NCBI GenBank assembly: GCA_012522635.1
Contig: JAAYKA010000016.1
Span: 1,290 to 65,289, forward strand
DNA from: Candidatus Cloacimonadota bacterium
Lineage (GTDB): Bacteria; Cloacimonadota; Cloacimonadia; Cloacimonadales; Cloacimonadaceae
Direction: 5' to 3'
DNA length: 64,000 nucleotides
Shown here in pieces: positions 25,666-33,946 of this stretch; the first letter of the stretch is position 1; every line of letters begins with the position of its first letter. Under the pieces are notes generated by a model. It did not search any database. It saw only the letters and a program-made list of their open reading frames with translations, and was not told where the DNA came from. Made by a program: the position numbers and the translations under genes.

Positions 25666-25879
25666 TCCACGTCCCAAAGCCTCACCCTTCAAAAACCCCC
25701 GGATTTACAAAAAAACAAGGCTAATCAGTTATAAGACTGATTTTTGGTTGACAGATTAGCTCAATGCAGATTTATGAAATTATTAAAATATCAATAAATT
25801 TGGAGCCTCTAATGATAGACTTGAAAGAGCCAAGCCAAGACATATTTATTTCGCTATATTCAAGAACGGGCTGGCAATA

Positions 25880-27955
25880 ATGGCGGTCCAATCTCATTCC
25901 CAAATCGCGTCTTTCATCTGGAGCATCTGCAATCTTCTGCGCGGTCCCTACAAGCGCAATGAATACCGCAAGGTAATCCTCCCCTTTACGGTGCTCCGGC
26001 GCTTTGATTGCGTTCTTGCGCCCACCAAGGACAAGGTTCTGGAAGAGCTGCCGCACCTTTATGGCAAATCCGACAGCATCATCTACGAAAGCCTAAAAAA
26101 GATTACAGGCGTTCCCTTTTACAACAAATCCAGGCTGGACATGAAGAAACTCCTGGATGACCCCGAAAACATCGCCATCAACCTGCAATCCTACATCAAC
26201 GACTTTTCCCCCAATGTGCGCAAGATTATTGAAAACTTCGCCTTTTCTGTGCAAATAGAGCGCCTGCATGAGGCAAACCTGCTCTATCTCGTGCTGCAGC
26301 GCTTTGTAAATGATGAACTTGACCTCAGCCCCGAGGCTGTGGATAATATGCAGATGGGCCTTGTGTTTGAAGAGCTCATCCGCGTGGGCGCCGAGCAATC
26401 CAATGAAGAAGCCGGAGAGCATTTCACACCCCGCGAAGTCATCAAACTGATGGTGAATTTGCTCCTCAGTCCGGAAGCAGACCTGGCAAAAAGCCATGTG
26501 GTGAAAACCATCTTTGACCCCGCCTGCGGAACCGGAGGCATGCTCACTGCCGCGGAAACCCACATCAAAGAGCTTAACCGCGATGCCCAGCCCCACCTCT
26601 TTGGTCAGGACTGGAACAAGGAATCCTATGCCGTCTGCCGTTCAGACATGCTCATCAAAGACGAAAAAGGGGATATCCGTTTTGGCTGCTCCTTCGAGCA
26701 GGATGGCTTTCCCGCCCACAAATTCGACTATATGCTTGCCAATCCGCCCTTCGGCGTGGAATGGAAAAAACAGCAGCTTTCCATCACCAAAGAACATGAA
26801 AACATGGGCTACGATGGCAGGTTTGGAGCCGGGCTTCCCCGCATCAATGACGGCTCCCTGCTTTTTTTGATGCACATGATTTCCAAAATGCGCGCTGTGG
26901 AGGATGGCGGCAGCAGGATAGGCATCGTTTTCAATGGCTCCCCGCTTTTCACAGGCGACGCCGGCAGCGGTGAGAGCAATATCCGCAGATGGATAATCGA
27001 AAACGACTGGCTGGAAGCCATCATCGCCCTGCCCGACCAGCTTTTCTACAACACCGGCATCAGCACCTACATCTGGATTATAACAAACAAAAAAGAAGCG
27101 CACCGCCAAGGCAAAATCCAGCTTATCGACGCCCGCCAATTCTATCACAAAATGCGCAAAAGCCTGGGTAACAAACGCAACATCATCGGTGACGGCGAAG
27201 ATGGCCGCTTCGACCACATCAGCCTGATAACCCGCATCCACAGCGATTTCATCCCCAACCAGAAGCTTGAATCCCCCGGCAATGGGGAGCCTCAAACGCT
27301 TATCGTCAGCAAAATCTTTGACAACGCGGATTTCGGCTACCAAAAAATCACCGTGGAACGCCCCCTGCGCCTGAATTTCCAAGCCTCTGCCCAGCGCATA
27401 GCCAAGCTGGACGACATTTCCGCCTTTGCCAAACTTGCCCAAAGCAAAAAGAAGGACCCATTCGAGCGCCAGCTTGAAATCGAAGCCGGCAAAGCCATGC
27501 AGGAGCAGATAAAATCAGTACTGAGCGCCATGGATGTGGAAGCCGTTCACAAAAACCGGGAGCAATTTCTAAAAACGCTCAAGCAAACCCTTTCCCAACA
27601 CAATTTGTCTTTGCCCGCTCCCCTGCTCAAAGCCATTCTGGATGCGCTTTCCGAGCGCGACGAAACCGCAGACATCTGCCACGACAGCAAAGGCAGACCG
27701 GAACCTGACCCCGAATTGCGGGACACGGAAAGCGTCCCCCTCAAAGAGGATATCGCTTCATACTTCCAAAGGGAAGTGCTGCCCCATGTATCCGATGCCT
27801 GGATAGACCACTCCAAAACCAAAACAGGCTATGAAATCCCACTCAACCGTCATTTCTATGTATATCAGCCGCCCCGCCCGCTGGCAGAAATTGAAGCGGA
27901 AATGATGGCGTTGGAAGATGAGATAGCCAAGATGCTCAGCAGCAATAAAATATAA
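25880..27955 (+). CDS. hsdM: Type I restriction-modification system, N6-adenine DNA methyltransferase subunit
   Basis: 691 aa with an HsdM_N-like start (IASFIWSICNLLRGPYKRNEYRKVILPFTVLRRFD), motif I DPACGTGGML and motif IV LANPPFG. Confidence 0.9.
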   Translation: MAVQSHSQIASFIWSICNLLRGPYKRNEYRKVILPFTVLRRFDCVLAPTKDKVLEELPHLYGKSDSIIYESLKKITGVPFYNKSRLDMKKLLDDPENIAINLQSYINDFSPNVRKIIENFAFSVQIERLHEANLLYLVLQRFVNDELDLSPEAVDNMQMGLVFEELIRVGAEQSNEEAGEHFTPREVIKLMVNLLLSPEADLAKSHVVKTIFDPACGTGGMLTAAETHIKELNRDAQPHLFGQDWNKESYAVCRSDMLIKDEKGDIRFGCSFEQDGFPAHKFDYMLANPPFGVEWKKQQLSITKEHENMGYDGRFGAGLPRINDGSLLFLMHMISKMRAVEDGGSRIGIVFNGSPLFTGDAGSGESNIRRWIIENDWLEAIIALPDQLFYNTGISTYIWIITNKKEAHRQGKIQLIDARQFYHKMRKSLGNKRNIIGDGEDGRFDHISLITRIHSDFIPNQKLESPGNGEPQTLIVSKIFDNADFGYQKITVERPLRLNFQASAQRIAKLDDISAFAKLAQSKKKDPFERQLEIEAGKAMQEQIKSVLSAMDVEAVHKNREQFLKTLKQTLSQHNLSLPAPLLKAILDALSERDETADICHDSKGRPEPDPELRDTESVPLKEDIASYFQREVLPHVSDAWIDHSKTKTGYEIPLNRHFYVYQPPRPLAEIEAEMMALEDEIAKMLSSNKI

Positions 27956-27964
27956 GTATAGGGA

Positions 27965-28990
27965 TTGATGGATATGAAAAAACAAACAACAAAAGAAAAC
28001 CCCGTTGAGATTGCATTTTACTCTGACCCGGAAGGAACCCAGCGTATCGAGGTATTTTATGAGGACGAATCTCTTTGGTTGAGCCAAAAAAGGATGGCAG
28101 AATTATACGGCGTGGAGGTTAATACCATAAACTACCATCTCAAGGAAATTTTCCTAAGTGGTGAACTGGATGAGACTTCAGTTATTCGAAAAATTCGAAT
28201 AACTGCAGATGACGGCAAAAAATACCTTACAGGATTATATAGCTTGGATGCCATCATCGCCGTGGGTTATAGAGTAAATTCCTACCAAGCCACCAGATTC
28301 AGGATTTGGGCAACAAAAGTCGTCAAAGAATATATGATAAAAGGCTTTGCCTTGGATGACAAAAGATTGAAACAGGGTTTGAATTGGGGTAAGGACTATT
28401 TTGAAGAACTGCTGGAACGGATAAGAGAAATTCGTGCCTCAGAACGCAGGTTCTATCAAAAAATAACTGATATCTACGCTCAATGTTCAATTGATTACGA
28501 CCCAAAATCTCCAGTTACTCAAGGGTTTTATGCCTCGGTGCAAAATAAACTGCATTGGGCGATAGCCAAAAAGACGGCAGCGGAAATTATTGCTGAAAGA
28601 GCAGACAGCACAAAACCAAACATGGGTTTGAGCACCTGGAATAATGCACCACATGGAAAAATACTGAAATCCGATGTTTTGGTTGCAAAAAATTACCTAA
28701 GCGAAGAAGAGATCAGGGAACTTAACAGGCTAGTATCCATGTATCTTGATTTGGCAGAATTGCAAGCGGAAAGACGCATCACCATGACCATGAAGGATTG
28801 GGCTGAGCGGCTGAACAAATTTCTTGAATTCAATGAATATGATATCCTTGAAGGAGCTGGAAAAATATCGGCGCAAATCTCAAAAGAAATTGCGGGAAAA
28901 GAATATCAGAAATTTCGTATCATACAAGACAAGAAATATGTGAGCGACTTTGATAAAAGAATCAAAACACTAAAAAAGAAAAAGGATTGA
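27965..28990 (+). CDS. RhuM-family protein inserted between hsdM and hsdS
   Basis: 341 aa. IEVFYEDESLWLSQKRMAELYGVEVNTINYHLKEIF ... LDAIIAVGYRVNSYQATRFRIWATKVVKEYMIKGF is the RhuM-family signature as I recall it. Confidence 0.75.
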   Translation: MMDMKKQTTKENPVEIAFYSDPEGTQRIEVFYEDESLWLSQKRMAELYGVEVNTINYHLKEIFLSGELDETSVIRKIRITADDGKKYLTGLYSLDAIIAVGYRVNSYQATRFRIWATKVVKEYMIKGFALDDKRLKQGLNWGKDYFEELLERIREIRASERRFYQKITDIYAQCSIDYDPKSPVTQGFYASVQNKLHWAIAKKTAAEIIAERADSTKPNMGLSTWNNAPHGKILKSDVLVAKNYLSEEEIRELNRLVSMYLDLAELQAERRITMTMKDWAERLNKFLEFNEYDILEGAGKISAQISKEIAGKEYQKFRIIQDKKYVSDFDKRIKTLKKKKD

Positions 28991-28996
28991 GTCCAC

Positions 28997-30364
28997 TTGA
29001 ATCACGGAGATGCTTTGGAAGTAGCAACCATGAAAGAAAATAACTACACTTATAAAGACAGCGGAATTGAGTGGCTGGGAGAGGTGCCGGAGCATTGGGA
29101 TATTGTGAGGATAGATTCTATTAGCAAATATGAAAAAACCCAGATAAATCCTGAAGACATAGAAACAGATATAGTTTTTCATTATTCAATACCAGCTGTT
29201 CAAGAGACAGGTGGTGGTATTTATGAACAAACAGACACGCTAAATAGTGCCAAACAAGTAGTCACCAAAAAGATAATATTGATATCTAAATTAAACCCCC
29301 GCAAAGCAACTATCTGCATTGCTGAGCCACAAGACATAATAACTGTATGTTCAACTGAATTTATAGCTCTTGAACCAGTGAACTGCGATATGAGATTCCT
29401 GTATTACTTGCTAAACAGTGAAATGAACAGGCAAAGGCTTGATGCAAGAGTCCAATCCGTTACGAGAAGCCATCAACGAGTTAATCCTTCTGATATACAT
29501 AAGTTTTGGGTTAACCTACCATCAAAGTCAGAACAACAATCCATCGCTGCTTTCCTTGACCATGAAACAGCCCGAATAGATGCTTTAATCCAAAAGCAAG
29601 AGCGGATGATTGAACTGCTGAAAGAAAAGCGCACCGCTCTCATCACCCAAGCTGTCACCAAGGGTTTGGACCCCACTGTAAAGATGAAAGACTCCGGGAT
29701 TGAGTGGTTGGGAGAGGTGCCAGAACATTGGGAAGTAATGAAAATAAAACACGTGGCTTTATTTTTGGTAAGCAATGTAGATAAAAAAACCAAAGATGGG
29801 GAAGCAGTAGTTCGCTTAATCAACTACACTGATGTATATAATAACGAGTTTCTCACAAATAAAATGAACTTAATGCAATCAACTGCTCCTGAATATCAAA
29901 TAGATAAATTCGGTGTTTTAAAAGACGATATCATAATTACGAAAGATTCTGAAGACTGGACAGACATTGCAAAACCAGCATTAGTTAAATCGACAGCATC
30001 AGATATTGTGTGCGGTTATCACCTTGCAATAATAAGATCTCAAAAGAGTAAAGCTTATGGTTGTTATGTGTTTAGAGCACTGCAATCTACTGTAATAAAC
30101 CACCAATTTCAAATAAAATCAAATGGAATTACGAGATTTGGATTACCCAAATCTGGAATTGGAGACTCAATAATCTTAATTCCTTCACTTGTGGAACAAC
30201 AAACCATTGCTTCCTTCCTTGACCGTGAAACTGCAAACATAGACTCGCTCATCCAAAAACAAGAGAGGGCGATTGAACTCCTCCGCGAATACCGCGCATC
30301 CCTCATCCACCATGCCGTCACCGGTAAAATAGATTTGCGAGATTACGATGTCCAAACACAATGA
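28997..30364 (+). CDS. hsdS: Type I R-M specificity subunit
   Basis: 455 aa with two target-recognition halves. Each is introduced by DSGIEWLGEVPEHW(D/E) and followed by conserved helices: QQSIAAFLDHETARIDALIQKQERMIELLKEKRTALITQAVTKG and QQTIASFLDRETANIDSLIQKQERAIELLREYRASLIHHAVTG. Confidence 0.9.
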   Translation: MNHGDALEVATMKENNYTYKDSGIEWLGEVPEHWDIVRIDSISKYEKTQINPEDIETDIVFHYSIPAVQETGGGIYEQTDTLNSAKQVVTKKIILISKLNPRKATICIAEPQDIITVCSTEFIALEPVNCDMRFLYYLLNSEMNRQRLDARVQSVTRSHQRVNPSDIHKFWVNLPSKSEQQSIAAFLDHETARIDALIQKQERMIELLKEKRTALITQAVTKGLDPTVKMKDSGIEWLGEVPEHWEVMKIKHVALFLVSNVDKKTKDGEAVVRLINYTDVYNNEFLTNKMNLMQSTAPEYQIDKFGVLKDDIIITKDSEDWTDIAKPALVKSTASDIVCGYHLAIIRSQKSKAYGCYVFRALQSTVINHQFQIKSNGITRFGLPKSGIGDSIILIPSLVEQQTIASFLDRETANIDSLIQKQERAIELLREYRASLIHHAVTGKIDLRDYDVQTQ

Positions 30365-33300
30365 ACAGGCTTTTGAAGCCTATATCGAATCCGTTATGCA
30401 GGCTGGCTGGACCAGCGTTGCCAATGAGGATTTTGACGCCGTCAACGCCATTTTTGCCCAACACGTCATAGCTTTTTTGAGGCACAGCCAAGCCGCTCTC
30501 TGGGCGGAACTCAGCAAGCTTAACGGTGAGCTTTTGCCCGCTGAAATAATCAAGGCTGTGGTGAAGGAACGCAAAAGCAAGGGCACGCTCCACATTCTGC
30601 GGCACGGCTTCAAGTTTCAGGGCAAAACCCTCAGGCTGGCATATTTCAAGCCTGCCCACAGCATGAGCTCTGAGGCGGAGGCTCTTTACCAGAGCAACAG
30701 CTTTCAGCTCTGCCGGCAAGTGTTTTTTAATCCGGATAAACAGCAGTCTCTGGATATGGTTCTGGCAATCAATGGCATTCCGGTGGCAAGCATCGAGCTC
30801 AAAAACCCCGGCACCGGCCAGAATGTGCGTGATGCCGTCAGGCAATACCGGGAAGACAGAGACCCCGCCGCGCCGCTGCTGAGCTTCAAAACAGGCGCCC
30901 TGGTGCATTTTGCCGTGGATACCGATGAAGTGTATATGAGCACGCGCCTTCAAAAGAGCAAAACCTTCTTTTTGCCCTTCAATCGGGGCTCCAATCCGCA
31001 GGAGATTGATTGCGGCAAAGGCAACCCACCCCACCCTTCGGGACATAGAACCGCCTACCTGTGGGAAGAGATTTTACAGCCGGACAGCCTGCTGGAGATT
31101 GTGGGCAGCTTCATCTTTATCGAAAATGAGCGCCAGAAAAATGAAACCCTCATCTTTCCCCGCTATCACCAGTTGGATTGTGTGCGCAGGCTGCTTGGCC
31201 AGGTGAAGCCGGATTTGGCTGGGAATAACTATCTGATTCAACACAGCGCGGGCAGCGGCAAAACCAACAGCATCGCCTGGCTGGCGCATCGTTTGGCAAA
31301 TCTGCACACCTCCACAGATAAATTGATTTTCGATTGCGTGATTGTGATTACGGATAGAGTCGTTTTGGATAGGCAGCTTCAGGACGCGGTTTATCAGATT
31401 GAGCATGCTTCGGGAGTGGTTCTCCCCATCACCCAAGGCAGCAAACAGCTCGCCAATGCTTTGGTGGATGGCACCAAGATTGTCATCACCACCCTGCAAA
31501 AATTTCCCTTCATCCTCAAAGGGCTTTTGCGCATTGCCGGAGCCAGGGACACCGACGAGCCGGATGAAGCGGCGCTGCTGAAATCCAAAGCCTGGCAAAA
31601 AAAGATTGCGGACCGGCGCTATGCCATCATCGTGGATGAAGCCCACAGCAGCCAAACCGGCGAAGCGGCACGGGGCATGAAAGAGATTTTGGGCGATAAA
31701 TCCATCCACGCCGAAGATATTGAGGATTGGCAGGATGAACTGAATCTGGTGATGGAATCCCGCGGAAAGCAGCCCAATCTCAGCTTCTTTGCCTTCACTG
31801 CCACTCCCAAGGGCAAAACCATCGAACTTTTTGGCACTCAGGGCAGGGCTTTTCACAATTACAGCATGCGCCAGGCCATTGAAGAGGGTTTTATCCTGGA
31901 TGTTTTGCAGCGCTACACCACCTACAGCAGCTATTTCAAGATTATCAAAAAAACCGAAAATGACCCCAGTATGCCTGCCAAAAAAGCCGCCAAAAAGCTC
32001 TGCAAATTCATGCGCCTGCATCCCCGCAATGTGAGCCAGAAAACCGAGATAATCGTTGAACATTTCAGAAGCTGCATCATGCCTCTCATTGAGGGCAGAG
32101 CCAAGGCGATGGTGGTCACAGACAGCCGCCTCCAGGCTGTGCGTTATATGCTGGCATTCCAGCGCTATATCAGCGAACATCACTACACCGATGTGCATCC
32201 CCTGGTTGCGTTCAGCGGCACCGTGATTGACCCCGAAACCGAGCTTGAATACACCGAGCCGGGCATGAATATCGACTATAAAAGCGGTAAACACATCTCC
32301 GAAACCCAGCTTAAAGACCGCTTTGGCAGCGATGATTACCAGATTCTGCTGGTGGCAAACAAATATCAGACCGGCTATGACCAGCCTCTGCTCTGCGCGA
32401 TGTATGTGGATAAACGCTTGGATGGAGTGCAGGCGGTGCAGACCCTTTCCCGCCTGAACAGAATCTTTCCCGGCAAGGAACCGCCCTTCGTGCTGGATTT
32501 TGTGAACAAGGCGGAGGATATCCTGGCAGCCTTCAAACCCTATTACACCGTAACGGAACTGGAATCCGAATCCGACCCCGCGCACCTGGAAGAGCTGAAA
32601 CACGAGCTGAACCAAATGCGGATTTACGATTGGACGGAAGTGGAGGGCTTTGCCAAAATCTTTTACAAACCCAAGGACCAGCAGAGAAAAAGCGACCATG
32701 CCGCCATGCAGAAAGCCCTGCAAAACGCTGTGGAAAGATACAGGCAGCTTGCCAACGACGAGGACAGGGATAAATTCCGGGATAAGCTCAAGGCCTATGT
32801 GCGCCTCTATGCCTTTGTGACCCAGATTATCAGATACACCGATAGAGAGCAGGAAATGCTCTACAGTTTTGGCAGATTTCTGCTGCCGCACATCCATCCC
32901 AGCGACAGCCGCGATGCCTACCCGGAAAAAGAAGTGGAATTGCAATACTACCGCCTGCAAAAAGTGATGGAAGGCTCCATCGATTTATCTGAGGGCGAGG
33001 ATGTTAAGGTGAAATCTCCCACCCAAACGGGCACGGGCAAAAGCAAGGAAGAAGACAAACCCCTCTCCGAAATCATCGAAACCCTCAACGAACGCTTTGG
33101 CACGGATTTCAGCGAAGCGGACCGCCTCTTTTTCGAGCAAATCAAAGAAACGGCGATGCGGGATGAGGGAGTCCTCAAAACAGCCGCAGCCAATCCCCTG
33201 GATAAATTTGAACTGGGCATCCAGCAAACCATAAAAGACCTGATGATGAAACGCCTGCAGGAAAATGATAAGATTGTCAGCCGCTATATGGATGATGAGA

Positions 33301-33392
33301 AGTTTCAGAAGGTGATTTTTAAGCTGCTTTCCAAGGAATTATATCAATCCTTGAAAGCTGACAGCCTGGATTCTTCACTTCGTTCAGAATGA
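30348..33392 (+). CDS. hsdR: Type I R-M restriction/helicase subunit
   Basis: 1014 aa with an N-terminal PD-(D/E)xK-like motif (LDMVLAINGIPVASIELK), helicase motif I HSAGSGKTNS and motif II IIVDEAHSSQ. It overlaps hsdS by 17 nt. Confidence 0.9.
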   Translation: MSKHNEQAFEAYIESVMQAGWTSVANEDFDAVNAIFAQHVIAFLRHSQAALWAELSKLNGELLPAEIIKAVVKERKSKGTLHILRHGFKFQGKTLRLAYFKPAHSMSSEAEALYQSNSFQLCRQVFFNPDKQQSLDMVLAINGIPVASIELKNPGTGQNVRDAVRQYREDRDPAAPLLSFKTGALVHFAVDTDEVYMSTRLQKSKTFFLPFNRGSNPQEIDCGKGNPPHPSGHRTAYLWEEILQPDSLLEIVGSFIFIENERQKNETLIFPRYHQLDCVRRLLGQVKPDLAGNNYLIQHSAGSGKTNSIAWLAHRLANLHTSTDKLIFDCVIVITDRVVLDRQLQDAVYQIEHASGVVLPITQGSKQLANALVDGTKIVITTLQKFPFILKGLLRIAGARDTDEPDEAALLKSKAWQKKIADRRYAIIVDEAHSSQTGEAARGMKEILGDKSIHAEDIEDWQDELNLVMESRGKQPNLSFFAFTATPKGKTIELFGTQGRAFHNYSMRQAIEEGFILDVLQRYTTYSSYFKIIKKTENDPSMPAKKAAKKLCKFMRLHPRNVSQKTEIIVEHFRSCIMPLIEGRAKAMVVTDSRLQAVRYMLAFQRYISEHHYTDVHPLVAFSGTVIDPETELEYTEPGMNIDYKSGKHISETQLKDRFGSDDYQILLVANKYQTGYDQPLLCAMYVDKRLDGVQAVQTLSRLNRIFPGKEPPFVLDFVNKAEDILAAFKPYYTVTELESESDPAHLEELKHELNQMRIYDWTEVEGFAKIFYKPKDQQRKSDHAAMQKALQNAVERYRQLANDEDRDKFRDKLKAYVRLYAFVTQIIRYTDREQEMLYSFGRFLLPHIHPSDSRDAYPEKEVELQYYRLQKVMEGSIDLSEGEDVKVKSPTQTGTGKSKEEDKPLSEIIETLNERFGTDFSEADRLFFEQIKETAMRDEGVLKTAAANPLDKFELGIQQTIKDLMMKRLQENDKIVSRYMDDEKFQKVIFKLLSKELYQSLKADSLDSSLRSE

Positions 33393-33740
33393 CGCATGGG
33401 CGTGGGTTTTCTGCCTAAAGGGCGAAGTGGGGGATTGTCCTTTGAAGACTTTTACCTTCCTTTGGCTAGATTCTTCGCTAACGCTCAGAATGACGCGTCG
33501 GGACTGGGTTGTGGTGGGCGGATTTGGGTGGTCGGAAGAACATTGTGCCAGATGAATCTGGCACCAACGACCGGTTGAAACCGGTGTTCCGACCTGTCCT
33601 TCGCTGGCACTCAGAATGACGCGTCGGGACAGGGTTTTCAGCCTAAAGGACGAAGTGGGGGATTGTTCTTTAAAGACTTTTACCTTCCTTGGCCTCGATT
33701 CTTCGCTGACGCTCAGAATGACGCGTCGGGACGGGGTTTT
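33365..33740 (-). repeat. array of modular repeats (locus B), inverted relative to locus A
   Basis: There are two units of roughly 105 nt (about 33385-33490 and 33612-33716: CAGAATGACGC...GGGTTTTC.GCCTAAAGG.CGAAGTGGGGGATTGT.CTTT.AAGACTTTTACCTTCC...GATTCTTCGCT.ACGCT). They flank an inverted hairpin module containing GTGCCAGATGAATCTGGCAC (33545-33564) and ACCGGTTGAAACCGGTGTTCC. Confidence 0.85.
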
Positions 33741-33777
33741 ATCCTCATCATCCTGTGTGTCCCTAATCTATAAAAAA
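33741..33777 (-). repeat. right copy of the inverted repeat bracketing the R-M cassette
   Basis: ATCCTCATCATCCTGTGTGTCCCTAATCTATAAAAAA, the reverse complement of 25051-25088 apart from 2 differences. Confidence 0.85.
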
Positions 33778-33893
33778 TGGTTCTATTTTCCCAATTCCTA
33801 TCCTATGAAAAGCGCCGGTATAAGAGGAATTGATGAATTGATGGAATTGATGCCCCGCCCAAAACCTCTTTTTCATCCCCAATCCATAGCAAG

Positions 33894-33923
33894 AAAAAAC
33901 CCCGGAACTTCGCAGTGCCGGGG
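33894..33923 (-). terminator. rho-independent terminator after the 33947 gene
   Basis: The minus strand has a CCCCGG...CCGGGG 6-bp GC stem with an 11-12-nt loop, followed by TTTTTTC. Confidence 0.5.
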
Positions 33924-33946
33924 TTGATTATATTGTGAGAGATTTT

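Noticed and set aside
25181-25759. Track ORFs 25181..25474, 25493..25759 and 25385..25663 in the region upstream of hsdM. Similar ORFs lie at 33396..33578, 33616..33927 and 61378..61593.
   Set aside because: They lie entirely within the hairpin-repeat arrays. Their 'proteins' are translations of the repeat modules (e.g. DHPTPPTTTQ, VIPNAREES, FANAQNDA). They have no SD, and the same peptide fragments recur in different frames and orientations.
28997-30364. Phase-variable hsdS shufflon.
   Set aside because: The internal repeats in hsdS are the normal direct duplication of the two-TRD architecture. There are no extra silent hsdS fragments, no inverted hsdS copies and no adjacent recombinase.
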